A DNA stretch of 64,000 nt. Origin: Armatimonadota bacterium (GTDB lineage Bacteria; Armatimonadota; SYMT01). Below, piece after piece: positions 1-10,129 of this stretch (its first letter is position 1; each line of letters starts with the position of its first letter). The stretch lies in contig JAWLHY010000008.1 in NCBI GenBank assembly GCA_041690135.1, positions 128,001 to 192,000 on the forward strand, read 5' to 3'. The notes below the pieces were generated by a model. That model saw only the letters and a program-made list of their open reading frames with translations, had not been told where the DNA came from and searched no databases. Both the position numbers and the translations under genes were made by a program.

Positions 1-119
1 AGCTGCCGGACGGCTCCGTGTACTGCGTCTACTACGAAGAGGGCGCCGGCTCCAGCATCCGGGGGGTGCGTCTCCGGCTGGATAAGAAGGGCGTTCCCTC
101 TTTGGAGCGCCGTCGTTGA
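1..119 (+). CDS. 3' end of a gene truncated by the window edge, possibly sialidase/BNR-repeat family
   Basis: Frame 3 reads LPDGSVYCVYYEEGAGSSIRGVRLRLDKKG...RRR* (TGA 117-119). LPDG-x-hydrophobic-YY is typical of the last blade of BNR/sialidase propellers. Confidence 0.45.
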   Translation, partial: LPDGSVYCVYYEEGAGSSIRGVRLRLDKKGVPSLERRR

Positions 120-168
120 CGTCGCCGGCGGATCTCGCGTGCCGGCTTTGGGGAACGAGGGAAGTAAG

Positions 169-921
169 ATGAGTTTCGTGGATTACCGGGACCGGTTTGT
201 CCGGGACGGCTTCGTCATTATTCCCGGCTTTCTGTCCGGTGCCGCCCTGAGCGAGGTGAGGAGCAACCTGGACCGCTACATCCGAGAGATCGTGCCCGGC
301 CTCCCCGAATCCGACGCCTTTTATGTCGACCGCAGCCGGCCGGAGACGCTCAAACAGCTTCAGCACATGAACGGCGATCCGTACTTCGAATCCTACAGCC
401 GCAACCCGCACTGGTTGGGCCTCGCGCAGGATCTTCTCGGTGAGGAAGCCCGCAGCCGCGGTCCGGAATGGTTCAACAAGCCGCCGGGCACCGAGGCGCC
501 GACTCCTCCCCATCAGGACAACTACTACTTCAACCTCAAGCCGCCGAATGTGCTCACCGTGTGGGTAGCCCTGGAGCCGGTGGATGAGGAGAACGGGTGC
601 CTTCGCTACGTTCCGGGCTCCCACCAGGAAGGGATTCGCCCGCACGGACGCTCCGCCATTCTGGGCTTCTCGCAGGGAATCACTGACTACGGTCCGGCAG
701 ATGTAGAGCGGGAGGTGCGCGTCTGTCTCCAGCCCGGCGATGCCGCCGTTCATCACGGAAATACCATTCATCGAGCCGATCCGAACCGGTCCGGCACGCG
801 CCATCGCCCGGCCTTCGCCATGGTGCTGGAGGGAGTCAGTTGCCGCCGTGATGAGGAAGCCTACGCGCGCTATCTCACCGCGCTCCGGGAACAACACGCG
901 GCCCTGGGTCAGCAGTCGTGA
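169..921 (+). CDS. Phytanoyl-CoA dioxygenase (PhyH) family Fe(II)/2OG dioxygenase
   Basis: F-x-RDGF N-terminus, FNKPP, HQD iron motif, VWVALE-x-VD-x-ENGCL-x-YVPGSH, distal H in HHGNTIHR. ATG 169 follows a GAGG RBS. Confidence 0.9.
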   Translation: MSFVDYRDRFVRDGFVIIPGFLSGAALSEVRSNLDRYIREIVPGLPESDAFYVDRSRPETLKQLQHMNGDPYFESYSRNPHWLGLAQDLLGEEARSRGPEWFNKPPGTEAPTPPHQDNYYFNLKPPNVLTVWVALEPVDEENGCLRYVPGSHQEGIRPHGRSAILGFSQGITDYGPADVEREVRVCLQPGDAAVHHGNTIHRADPNRSGTRHRPAFAMVLEGVSCRRDEEAYARYLTALREQHAALGQQS

Positions 922-1973
922 GAGCGTCCTCACCGCTGGTGCTGAACGACCTGGATCGCCGGATCTGGGCCGAAGAGCTGGACGGGTTCGTGCCCCGGCG
1001 GGTGTTCGACGTCCACACCCACCTCTACCGGTGGGAGCATTTCCGGGACCCGGAAAAGGAAGCGGGTCCCTACCGGGAAATGTTGGGCGGCATCTGGGGC
1101 AACGCGACCCGGGCACTGGCGGACGCGTGCGAAGCGGTGTTGCTGCCGGGTCGCGAGGTGCATCGCCTTGCGTTTCCGTTTCCTTTCCCGCACGATTGTG
1201 ATTTCGCGGCGGCGAATGGGTTCCTGGCGGACGAACTCGCGGGAGATCCCGCGTCGGCGGGGCTCCTGCTCGTCCATCCCGGCATGGCACCTGAGGAAGC
1301 GGAAGCACAAGTCGAGCGGTACGGGTTCCTGGGGTTCAAGCCGTACCGGTTCTACTCCCGGACGGGTGACGCGGTGGAGTGCCGCATCACCGACTTCATC
1401 CCAGAGGCGCTGATCGAGGTAGCGGACCGGCGCGGGCTCCTGATCATGCTGCACCTGGCGAAGCGAGACGCCATTGCGGACCCGGAGAACCAGCGGGATC
1501 TGGCGGATCTCTGCGAACGGTACCCCAAGGCCCGGTGGATCCTGGCGCACTGCGCCCGCGGCTATTCGGCGTGGGCGATCGACCAGGCCGCGGCGGTGCT
1601 GCGAGACCTCACGAACGTGTGGTATGACACCTCATCGGTCTGTGAGACCGACGCGATCCTGGCGCTCTACCGCGCGGTCGGACCGGAGCGGGTGATGTAC
1701 GGCAGCGACGACCTGCCGGTGGGGGTGCTGCGGGGCAAGTACATCGCCTTCGGCCGTGCGTGGGCCTACCTTTCGGAGGCGAACCACCGCCTCGGGCTCT
1801 CCCACTGCGACCCGCGGATGACGTTCACCCGGTACGAGCAACTCCGCGCGATGCGCAGGGCCGCGGACTGCATGGGGCTTACCCCGGCCCACCACCAGGC
1901 GATCTTCCACGACACAGCCGCGGGGCTGATCGCGGCCGTGCGCCGTCAGTTGGCCGGAGGGAGAGACCAATGA
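918..1973 (+). CDS. Amidohydrolase_2 family metal-dependent hydrolase
   Basis: FDVHTH, GFKPY, ILAHCAR, WYDTS and MYGSD motifs. GTGA overlap with the upstream stop. Confidence 0.85.
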   Translation: MRASSPLVLNDLDRRIWAEELDGFVPRRVFDVHTHLYRWEHFRDPEKEAGPYREMLGGIWGNATRALADACEAVLLPGREVHRLAFPFPFPHDCDFAAANGFLADELAGDPASAGLLLVHPGMAPEEAEAQVERYGFLGFKPYRFYSRTGDAVECRITDFIPEALIEVADRRGLLIMLHLAKRDAIADPENQRDLADLCERYPKARWILAHCARGYSAWAIDQAAAVLRDLTNVWYDTSSVCETDAILALYRAVGPERVMYGSDDLPVGVLRGKYIAFGRAWAYLSEANHRLGLSHCDPRMTFTRYEQLRAMRRAADCMGLTPAHHQAIFHDTAAGLIAAVRRQLAGGRDQ

Positions 1974-2914
1974 ACCCGGAGCCCCTGGTCTATCTCAACG
2001 GGCGCTTTACTCCCGCTTCGCAGGCGCACCTGGCCATCTACGATGCCGGCATCGTGCTCGGCGCCACCGTCACGGAGATGACGCGCACCTTCCGCCACCG
2101 CCTGTGGCGGTTGGACGATCACCTGGCGCGCCTCTATCGGGCGTTGCGGTACACGCGGATGGAGATTGGTCTCTCCCCGCAAGAACTGGCGGCCGTTTCG
2201 CACGAATTGGTCAAACGGAACGCCGCGCTCCTGCCGCATCCGGAGGACGAGCTCGGCCTGATCCACTTCGTGACTGCCGGTGAATTCCCCACCTATGCGG
2301 GCTCCGCGGGCGGCGGGGCGCGGACTACCCCGACGGTGTGCGCTCACACCTTTGTGATGCCGTGGGAACTCTGGGCCGAAAAGATGCGCACCGGCATCCA
2401 CCTGGTGACGCCCTCGATCCGTCACGTGCCGCCGCAGTGTTACGATCCCAAGATGAAATACCGCAGCCGGATGCATTACTTCCTGGCCGACCAGGAAGCG
2501 CGGCTCGTCGACCCGTCCGCCGCTGCGTTGCTGCTGGACCTCGACGGCAATCTCACGGAGACCAGCGGCGCTAACTTCTTGATGGTAGAACGGGGGACGA
2601 TCGTCTCGCCGCCCGAGCGGAACATCCTGCCGGGGATCAGCCGCGCGACGGTAATCGAGCTTGCGGCACGCCTCGGCATTCCGTTCGCCGAACGAGATCT
2701 CCAGGTGTTTAACGCCGTGAATGCCGACGAGGCATTTCTCTCGACGACGCCTTACTGCCTGATGCCGGTTGCACGGCTCAACGGGATCCCGATCGGCGGA
2801 GGCGTACCGGGTCCCATCTTCCGGCGGTTGCTCGATGCGTGGAGTGAGGAGGTTGGCCTGGATATTGGAGCCCAGATCGAACAGGGGGCGCTCCGGCGAA
2901 CCGTGCGGCACTGA
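1970..2914 (+). CDS. Class IV PLP aminotransferase (IlvE/Dat-like)
   Basis: VYLNGRF, LDDHLARL, KYRSRMHY (PLP Lys), ETSGANF, ILPGISR, ADEAFLSTT. ATGA overlap at 1970. Confidence 0.9.
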   Translation: MNPEPLVYLNGRFTPASQAHLAIYDAGIVLGATVTEMTRTFRHRLWRLDDHLARLYRALRYTRMEIGLSPQELAAVSHELVKRNAALLPHPEDELGLIHFVTAGEFPTYAGSAGGGARTTPTVCAHTFVMPWELWAEKMRTGIHLVTPSIRHVPPQCYDPKMKYRSRMHYFLADQEARLVDPSAAALLLDLDGNLTETSGANFLMVERGTIVSPPERNILPGISRATVIELAARLGIPFAERDLQVFNAVNADEAFLSTTPYCLMPVARLNGIPIGGGVPGPIFRRLLDAWSEEVGLDIGAQIEQGALRRTVRH

Positions 2915-2959
2915 TGGGTTGCCTCTCGATCCGTATTCCGGAGCGCCTTCCGCCTGTTC

Positions 2960-4021
2960 CTACTCCGCGTCCACCGGCGTGACCGTGCACTCCGAGAGGT
3001 GGGTCCCGCGCAGTAGCCCCAACCGCACCGGTTCGCCGGCCGAAACTCGCGCCAGGATACGCTGTACGTGGTCGATAGTCGCGGCGGGCTCGCCATTCAC
3101 CGTGACCAGCAGGTCGCCGCGCACGATGCCCGCGCGCTCCATGGGGGATCCGGGCAGCACCTCGTGGATGTAGACCCCCGTCCGCGTGGTACGGCTCATC
3201 GCCACGACCTGTCCCGGTGAAAGGGGCACGTTCCGCCCGGTGAAGCCGAGGTAAACGCGCTTGACCTTACCGGTGGTGATCAACTGCCCCGCCACCCAGG
3301 TGGCCGTGTTCGACGGGACCGCGAAGCAGAGGCCCTGCGCCCCGGAGATGATCGCGGTATTGATCCCGATGACCCGCCCGTGCGAATCGACCAGCGGTCC
3401 GCCGGAGTTGCCGGGGTTCAGTGCTGCGTCCGTCTGGATGATCTCCTCGATGAGACGGCCCGACTGGCTCCGCAGGGAACGCCCCAGGGCACTCACCACG
3501 CCGGTGGTGACGGTCGCCTCGAAGCCCAGCGGGTTACCGATTGCCACCACGAGCTGGCCCACGCGCAGCCGCTCGGAGTTCCCCAACACCGCTGCGGGCA
3601 GGCCGGACGTATCGACCCGCACCACAGCCAGGTCCGTGCTCGGATCGGCGCCGACCACGCGGGCCGGAAGGGTACGGCCGTCGGCGAGACCCACTTCCAG
3701 GCGGGCGGCGTCCTGCACCACGTGGGCATTCGTGAGGATGTAGCCGTCGGGCGCCAGGATCACGCCGGATCCGCTGCCGGTGGGGACCCACTCTCCCTGG
3801 CGCGGGTGACGAGGGTCCTTCACCTGATCCAGGCGCGCGAGATGAACGACGGTGGGGCCGACATCTTCCACCACCTGGATGACGGCACGCGAGTAGGAGT
3901 CCAGCAGTTCCAGGTCGCGCGCTGCCTGCTCCCGGTGCGCCGGGTCGGTCGTCCGCCCTAGATAGGGATGGTTTTTGGGTGTTGTGGTTATCATCTGCTT
4001 CGTTTCCGCTACTGCAGCCAT
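2960..4021 (-). CDS. HtrA/DegQ-like trypsin serine protease with one PDZ domain, no signal peptide seen
   Basis: GSGSG, TNAHVV, DLAV, IQTDAALNPGNSGGPL catalytic motifs; C-terminal PDZ. Confidence 0.92.
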   Translation of the reverse strand: MAAVAETKQMITTTPKNHPYLGRTTDPAHREQAARDLELLDSYSRAVIQVVEDVGPTVVHLARLDQVKDPRHPRQGEWVPTGSGSGVILAPDGYILTNAHVVQDAARLEVGLADGRTLPARVVGADPSTDLAVVRVDTSGLPAAVLGNSERLRVGQLVVAIGNPLGFEATVTTGVVSALGRSLRSQSGRLIEEIIQTDAALNPGNSGGPLVDSHGRVIGINTAIISGAQGLCFAVPSNTATWVAGQLITTGKVKRVYLGFTGRNVPLSPGQVVAMSRTTRTGVYIHEVLPGSPMERAGIVRGDLLVTVNGEPAATIDHVQRILARVSAGEPVRLGLLRGTHLSECTVTPVDAE

Positions 4022-4088
4022 GTTAGTGCTTTAAAAAGTAAAGTGTAAATGCCGGTATAGGGACGACGTTGCGGGAAGGGCGTGACTA

Positions 4089-4904
4089 ATGCGGGAGATC
4101 CGAGATTGGCACACCAACCGGGTGTTATGGATCGTGGATAGCCACGCGCTTGCGGGAGCTTTGCTTGTGGGTGCGGAACTCGACCGGGCTATGCTTCAAG
4201 AGCAGGATCTTGCCGGGATTGACCTCCGGGGGGCCTCGCTGCGATCCGCCCTTCTCTTCCGGTCGGATCTCCGCGACGCTGATCTGCAGGAGGCTCAACT
4301 TGTCCAGGCCGATCTTCATCAGGCGGATCTCCGCGGAGCGAACTTGCGAAACGCACGTCTTGCGGGTGCTAACCTGCGCGATGCGGACCTCCGCGCGGCC
4401 GAACTTAGTGGAGCACTGCTTTCTCGGGTCAATCTTCTCGGGTCGCGGATCGACACCAGTACTCGCCTGGACATCCGGTGGCGCAAAGTGTGGGAAATCG
4501 TGAACGAGCCGAGTATTGGTCGCTTGCTGTGCGGTTTCGACCTCGCGGACGCACACCTGGCCGGTGCGTGCCTTACGGGGGCGGACTTGAAGGGCGCGCG
4601 GCTAGAACATGCTGATCTCCGGGGTGCGGACCTTACCTCGGCCGATCTGCGGGGCACAAACCTATGGTGTGCGGCGGGTGAAGAGGCAAGATTCGATGGT
4701 GCCCAACTTCTGACTGCCGACCTTCGGCACGCGCGGCTGTCCGGGGCATCGTTCCAGGGGGCAGACCTCCGCGGAGCGGATTTTCGGGATAGTGAGCTAT
4801 ATGAGGCAGACTTGACCTCTGCCAACCTCGAGGGGGTGGCATTTGGCGGAGCACGGTACAACAGCGAAACGCGGTGGCCGGAGGGGTTTGGACCTCCGGA
4901 GTAG
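4089..4904 (+). CDS. Pentapeptide repeat protein
   Basis: Two long A(D/N)LxG-type repeat blocks separated by a WRKVWEIVN linker; C-terminal YNSETRWPEGF cap. Confidence 0.92.
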   Translation: MREIRDWHTNRVLWIVDSHALAGALLVGAELDRAMLQEQDLAGIDLRGASLRSALLFRSDLRDADLQEAQLVQADLHQADLRGANLRNARLAGANLRDADLRAAELSGALLSRVNLLGSRIDTSTRLDIRWRKVWEIVNEPSIGRLLCGFDLADAHLAGACLTGADLKGARLEHADLRGADLTSADLRGTNLWCAAGEEARFDGAQLLTADLRHARLSGASFQGADLRGADFRDSELYEADLTSANLEGVAFGGARYNSETRWPEGFGPPE

Positions 4905-4920
4905 GCACCTGGGTGGGTGA

Positions 4921-5427
4921 TTGAAGCCGCGAATGCTGGGCCCTGTAGATGGGACCGCACGCAGCCTCACAGGGGTCTGGACTCAACAGAACATGCCATC
5001 TTTGGAAAAGCACATGCGAAGGCTCCGAGCGATCATCGAACGCGACTACACCGCGAGCCTGTTGAACGCGACGAAATGGATGGAGGTCTTCGCAGCCCTC
5101 CACCGGCTTCCCCTCTGGTGGCGCCTCAAGCTCATCACCACCGAGCAACCGTGTAATTGGGGCAAGGGAGTTCAGGCAAGCAGCACAGCCGCGCACCTCC
5201 CCTTCGGTTGGGTGGAGGGGTGCGGTTATTCCCCATTCATGGCGTTGGAGATAGAGTGGCTGGAGGTGCAACCGGCTGTTGAGCCGGACGAGCGGGCGCA
5301 GGGAGTAGACGAGCGGACCTGTGAGTTGGTGGAGAACCAGTTGTCCGCCATAGGGGTGGGATATGAGCGGGCGGGTGTGGTTGTGCGGGTGACGGGTCAC
5401 GTCCGCAATGTGGGGCCGGTCCCCTGA
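4921..5427 (+). CDS. Hypothetical protein resembling DUF6678 (start uncertain)
   Basis: LNATKW-x-E and EIEWLEV-x-P motifs recalled from DUF6678; a later ATG start is possible. Confidence 0.55.
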   Translation: MKPRMLGPVDGTARSLTGVWTQQNMPSLEKHMRRLRAIIERDYTASLLNATKWMEVFAALHRLPLWWRLKLITTEQPCNWGKGVQASSTAAHLPFGWVEGCGYSPFMALEIEWLEVQPAVEPDERAQGVDERTCELVENQLSAIGVGYERAGVVVRVTGHVRNVGPVP

Positions 5428-5493
5428 ACCGCGCACCTGAAATGGGGCGCAACGGAGCGCGGACGTCTCGTCCGCCAGTGTTCGTTCACTATC

Positions 5494-5550
5494 AAACAAA
5501 AAGCCGCCGGGGCGAACCGCGATCCAAGCGCGATCTGCTCCGGCGACCCT
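5494..5550 (-). terminator. Probable intrinsic terminator (minus strand)
   Basis: Minus strand reads GTCGCCGGAGCAGA...TTCGCCCCGGCGGC followed by TTTTGTTT, in a convergent intergenic region. Confidence 0.55.
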
Positions 5551-5680
5551 GTGGAACCAGGACGAGGTTATCCGTGTTCAGGGAATTGTAGGAGCCACGG
5601 AAGGTTCGTGACGTGACCGACGGGGACGAGCCCCTCTACTACCTTCCGTGCTCCGATCAGTCCATCCCCCCGTTCCCTCG

Positions 5681-5719
5681 CCGTGTCGAACTCCGCGTCT
5701 CTGTGGTTCCGTGGTGAGA
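5681..5719 (-). repeat. Dispersed 39-bp repeat, copy 1
   Basis: 34/39 identical to 50551-50589; lies just after the stop codon of a minus-strand gene. Confidence 0.75.
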
Positions 5720-5730
5720 TCTTCCAAGGG

Positions 5731-6855
5731 TTAGCCGAGGCCGGGGCCGAAGCCCGTACCGAGGGTGAGCATGCCAATGGAGCGGGTCTGCACGCGGATG
5801 GCGGGGGAGTTGGGTGCGTCGAAGGCCTGGCCCGGACCGTAGGCCGTCATGTTGACCATCACGTTCTGGCAGCCTTCGAAGATGCCGGCCGGGATGTTGC
5901 AGGAGGTGGCGGAAGGCGGAAGGTAGACCCCCTTCTCCACCAGCGCGCGGACCTCGGACATCTGCGGGAATTGCATCCCAGCGCCCATCCCCTCGTATGT
6001 CTTGCCGCCCGCCCACATGATCAGGAGCTTGCGGCCCTTCGGAGCCACGGCCGTGAGGTGATAGCCAAGCACGCTAGCGACCGGCTTCCACGAGAGGTGG
6101 ATGAACTGCTTGAGATCGGCGCTCCCCGGCTTCGGCGAAGTGAACACCACCGGGTCGAGGAAGTCCACCGGTCCGCTCACGCGGAAGGCGGCGTCTCCCA
6201 GGTAGCTGGTGCGGAGCTTGTGGTCGCCCTGGAGCGAACCGGGCTTCACGAGAAGGGGGTTGGTTCCGGCCTGCGACTTGGCATTGGGCCACATCGCTTC
6301 GGTCCAGTCCGGCTTCTCGATCGCACCCATGCCCTGGGTGGAGTACCGCTTCCAGGCCTCGCGGTCCGCCGGCGGGAGGTCGGAGATCTTCCAGATCTTG
6401 GGCTGACCCGGGAGCACGGTTTCCGAACAACCCCAGTACTGGCGGATCTCGAAGTCGTCCGTGATCCGGTACTCCTCGGGAATGACACTCTTGGCGGCTT
6501 CCGCCTTGCGGACCTCCGGTCGATAAATCTCGAGCGGTAGGGTGGAGCCCAATTTCAACCCGGCCGGTACATCCAGGTTGGCGGTCGCCGCAGCGGGCGC
6601 GGTGCCCGGTGACCAGAGACGGACTTCCAGCTCCTTCCGGCCGGAGGCCAGCGCTCCCAGCGCGGCGGCCGCTTCCGGCGGAAGATCCTCCAGCTTGAGG
6701 CCTTCGGGCAGACCCGGTAGACCCGGCAGGCTCATGTTCTGCGTGGTGGCCCACAGGGCCAGGTAGGCCTTATCGCGATTCTCCTGCGCGCGCACGGCTG
6801 AGGCCAGCGCCGTGCCGAAAGTCCCCAGGAGGAGTGTTCTTCGATTGATCTGCAT
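5731..6855 (-). CDS. Hypothetical exported protein with twin-arginine signal
   Basis: MQINRRTLLLG...AVRA-Q Tat-like signal; QYWGCSETVLPGQP motif; gene-like codon usage. Confidence 0.75.
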   Translation of the reverse strand: MQINRRTLLLGTFGTALASAVRAQENRDKAYLALWATTQNMSLPGLPGLPEGLKLEDLPPEAAAALGALASGRKELEVRLWSPGTAPAAATANLDVPAGLKLGSTLPLEIYRPEVRKAEAAKSVIPEEYRITDDFEIRQYWGCSETVLPGQPKIWKISDLPPADREAWKRYSTQGMGAIEKPDWTEAMWPNAKSQAGTNPLLVKPGSLQGDHKLRTSYLGDAAFRVSGPVDFLDPVVFTSPKPGSADLKQFIHLSWKPVASVLGYHLTAVAPKGRKLLIMWAGGKTYEGMGAGMQFPQMSEVRALVEKGVYLPPSATSCNIPAGIFEGCQNVMVNMTAYGPGQAFDAPNSPAIRVQTRSIGMLTLGTGFGPGLG

Positions 6856-7087
6856 CACAACCCTCGCACAGCAAACGGGTAAGCGGTTTGTTGGAATTCT
6901 CACTCGGCTTTCCGTCACCGGAAGCCCTTACCCAGAATAACCCTTTCGCGGTTCCGCGTCGCGTGTTTCGGGTGTGAATTCGCTCACATCTCGACTGATG
7001 GTCGGACTTCTTCGCTCAGCTGGCGCAAGAAGGTCAAGTCTGGAGCGGACGGGAATAGTTGGTGTCAGTCTCCAGGGGGATAGCGGT

Positions 7088-8083
7088 ATGAAGGTTCTGG
7101 TTCTGGGCGGCACAGGGTTCCTCAGCTCGGCCATCGTGGGGGAGTTGCAGCAGGCGGGCCATGCAGTCACGGTGTACACCCGCGGGCAACGGGCTCTCCC
7201 CGAAGGGGTGGACGCGATCACCGGGGATCGGAAGGACGTGCCCGGCTTCCTGTCCCAGCTAGAAGGCCGACCGTTCGACGCCGTGATCGACTGCATCTGC
7301 TATACGCCGGAAGACGCCGCCGCGGACCTGCGGGCATTCGGGGGACGCACCGGTCACCTGGTGATGATCAGCACGGACTTCGTTTACGGTCCCCATCGGC
7401 GTCTCCCGATGGACGAGGACACGCCGACGCTGGCAATGAGCCAGTATGGGCGGAACAAGGCGGCCTGTGAAGAGCTGCTGCTGGGTGCCTGGTCCGAAGA
7501 GCGGTTCCCGGTCACGATCCTGCGACCGCCGCACATCATGGGCGCGGGAGGGCACCTGGGGACCGGTTCCCTCCAGGGGCGCGACCCGATGCTGCTCGGC
7601 CGGATGTTGTCCGGCGCGCCGGTGGTCCTGCTGGATGGGGGAGCGCTGCTGATCCAGCCGGTGGTCCACCGCGACATCGGCCGGGCTTGCGCAGCGGTCC
7701 TGGGTAACGAAGCCACGCTGGGGCAGGCCTACAACGTCGCCGGCCCGGACTGCATCACCACGCGCGAGTACTACGACGTGATCGCCGCCACGCTGGGGGT
7801 GGAGCAGCCGCAGTATCTCTCGCTGCCGTCGGACCTGTACGTCCGCGCCTCTCCGGACAAGGCCCCCTTCGCTCATCACCGCATGTACAGCGTGCAGAAG
7901 CTGCACCGCGACACGGGCTACCGTCCCGACACGGACGTGCGGCATGCGATCTTCGAGATGGTGGATTGGTTACAGGCTATGGGATCCGCCGCATCCTATG
8001 TTGCCACGGATCAGGACGAGGCGATGCAAGCCCTGTGCCACACTTTCGAGACTCACGCTCTCGAAGTGCTAAAGAGCGATTGA
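7088..8083 (+). CDS. NAD-dependent epimerase/dehydratase (atypical SDR)
   Basis: MKVLVLGGTGFL Rossmann motif, ISTDFVYG, YGRNK. Confidence 0.9.
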   Translation: MKVLVLGGTGFLSSAIVGELQQAGHAVTVYTRGQRALPEGVDAITGDRKDVPGFLSQLEGRPFDAVIDCICYTPEDAAADLRAFGGRTGHLVMISTDFVYGPHRRLPMDEDTPTLAMSQYGRNKAACEELLLGAWSEERFPVTILRPPHIMGAGGHLGTGSLQGRDPMLLGRMLSGAPVVLLDGGALLIQPVVHRDIGRACAAVLGNEATLGQAYNVAGPDCITTREYYDVIAATLGVEQPQYLSLPSDLYVRASPDKAPFAHHRMYSVQKLHRDTGYRPDTDVRHAIFEMVDWLQAMGSAASYVATDQDEAMQALCHTFETHALEVLKSD

Positions 8084-8243
8084 CTGCGGCAGTAACCTCA
8101 GACCAATCGGGCTGGGTAGGCGGTAAAGCGAGCATTGCACTCGTTCAGGTCGACCACTGCGACCGCAATGGGATGCGTGGAGCCGTCCCATACATCCCGG
8201 CGGGGATATACTGGGTAGAGACTTTCGCCTGAGACGGACCCAC

Positions 8244-9179
8244 GTGAACCTCCCCGACGCCTGGCTACTAACCCTGAGTTCCGCCGCGCTCTCCTTCGTC
8301 GTGCCCCTGTTGCTGGCCGGAGTGGGGGAGTGCATCGTGGAGCGCAGCGGGGTGGTGAACATCGGGGTGGAAGGGATGATGCTCGCCGCCGCCCTGGCCG
8401 CGGTGGTCGTCTCGCATGCGGCGGGATCGGCGTGGGCGGGGCTGGGCGCGGGCGTGCTGGCGGCGGTGGTGCTGGGGGCACTCTTCGCGGGAGTGGCCAT
8501 CGGACGGAAGGCGAACCAGATCGTGGTGGGAACCGCCGTCAACATTCTGGCGCTGGGCCTCACGGGGGCCTACTACGGCACCCTCACGCGCCGGCTGGCG
8601 GAACATGGGGTATCCCGGCTGGGAGGGGTGAAGCTTCCGGACTGGCCGCTGCCCGGCCTCTCCGCGCTCCCGGTATTGGGGCCGACCCTATTTACGGGTA
8701 ATCTCCTCGTCTACCTGGCGTTCCTGATGGTTCCGCTGACCGCGGTGCTGCTCTACCGGTCTCGCCTGGGGCTTCAACTGCGGGCGGCGGGGGAATACCC
8801 ACAGGCGGCAGAGGCGGCCGGTACGAACGTCCGGCGTTTACGGTTGCTGGCGGTGCTGGTGGGGGCTGCGCTGGCGGGGCTGGGCGGGGTGTTTCTTGCG
8901 ATTGGTCACGTGGTAACCTTCCAGGAGAATATGATCGCCGGGAAGGGGTTTATCGCGCTGGCGCTGGTGATCTTCGGGCGGTGGAGCCCGTGGGGTGTCC
9001 TGGCGGGGGCGGGGGTCTTCAGCCTGGCCTGGGGCTTCGGCGCGGTGCTGAGCAGCCAGGGCCGGGGCCGTCCGGAAGAGGTTTTCTTGCTGGCGCTCCC
9101 CTACCTGGCTACGCTGGCCGCGCTGGTGTTCCGCTCGGGGCGCACGACCGCGCCCGCCGCGTTGGGGCAGCCGTACTGA
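8244..9179 (+). CDS. ABC transporter permease (nucleoside/BPD_transp_2 family)
   Basis: ERSGVVNIGVEGMM, LRAAGEYPQAA, AGKGFIALALVIFGRW, ALPYLATL. Confidence 0.9.
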   Translation: MNLPDAWLLTLSSAALSFVVPLLLAGVGECIVERSGVVNIGVEGMMLAAALAAVVVSHAAGSAWAGLGAGVLAAVVLGALFAGVAIGRKANQIVVGTAVNILALGLTGAYYGTLTRRLAEHGVSRLGGVKLPDWPLPGLSALPVLGPTLFTGNLLVYLAFLMVPLTAVLLYRSRLGLQLRAAGEYPQAAEAAGTNVRRLRLLAVLVGAALAGLGGVFLAIGHVVTFQENMIAGKGFIALALVIFGRWSPWGVLAGAGVFSLAWGFGAVLSSQGRGRPEEVFLLALPYLATLAALVFRSGRTTAPAALGQPY

Positions 9180-9181
9180 CT

Positions 9182-10129
9182 ATGATCCAGCTCACTCGCA
9201 AAACCCGTTTTTCGGCCGCGCATCGCTACTACCTGGACGACCGCTCCGAAGAAGAGAACCGCCGGATATTTGGGCTCTGCGCCCTGCCCAACGGCCACGG
9301 GCACGACTACGTCGCGGAGGTGACCGTTTCGGGCGAAGTCGATCCGGCCAACGGAATGGTGGTGAACATCTCCGAGTTGAAGCCGATCCTGCAGGCGGAG
9401 ATCACCGATCCGCTCGACGGCGCCTACCTCACTCCGGCACATCCGCTCCTGCAGGGTAAGATTCCCTCGACCGAAGTCCTGGCGCGCCTGCTCTGGGACC
9501 GGCTGTCGGCGGCGATCGGGAACGCCGGGTTACCGGTGGACCTGGAGCGAGTGCGCCTGGCGGAGAGTTCGCGGCTCTGGTCGGACTGCGAGCGGGCTCG
9601 TCGCACCCCAAGGCGGAAGGAAACCCCGGCAACGGCAGGCAGACGGGGTGAGGGGGAACCCGCACTGGCGGCCCCCACCCAGGAAGAGGGTTCGGAAGAG
9701 GAGTCACTGGGCGTCATGGTAACGCTGACCCGCACCTATGAATTCGCCGCGGCCCACCGGCTGCACAGCGCCAGTCTTTCGGACGAGGAGAATCGCGACC
9801 TCTTCGGTAAGTGCAACAACTTCCATGGCCACGGCCACAACTACCTTCTCGAGGTTACCGTGGGCGGAGAGCCGGACCCGCGGACCGGACTGCTGGTCGA
9901 TCTAGGCGAACTCGACCGTGTGGTCAACGAGCAGGTGGTGGAGCGGTACGACCATCGGCACCTCAATTTCGACATCGAAGAGTTCCGCGAGCTGAACCCC
10001 ACGTCCGAGAACCTGGTTAAAGTGATCTGGAGCCGCTTACTCCCTGCACTGCCCGCCGGCACGCTGCGCCAGGTCACGCTGCGGGAGACGGAGCGGAATA
10101 TTTTTACCTACGAAGGGGAGACGGAGTGA
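9182..10129 (+). CDS. queD: Tandem two-domain 6-pyruvoyl/6-carboxy-tetrahydropterin synthase
   Basis: Two PTPS domains (FSAAHRY...C-x4-GHGHDY and FAAAHRL...[12 protein letters not shown]...PTSENL); coupled to folE. Confidence 0.85.
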   Translation: MIQLTRKTRFSAAHRYYLDDRSEEENRRIFGLCALPNGHGHDYVAEVTVSGEVDPANGMVVNISELKPILQAEITDPLDGAYLTPAHPLLQGKIPSTEVLARLLWDRLSAAIGNAGLPVDLERVRLAESSRLWSDCERARRTPRRKETPATAGRRGEGEPALAAPTQEEGSEEESLGVMVTLTRTYEFAAAHRLHSASLSDEENRDLFGKCNNFHGHGHNYLLEVTVGGEPDPRTGLLVDLGELDRVVNEQVVERYDHRHLNFDIEEFRELNPTSENLVKVIWSRLLPALPAGTLRQVTLRETERNIFTYEGETE

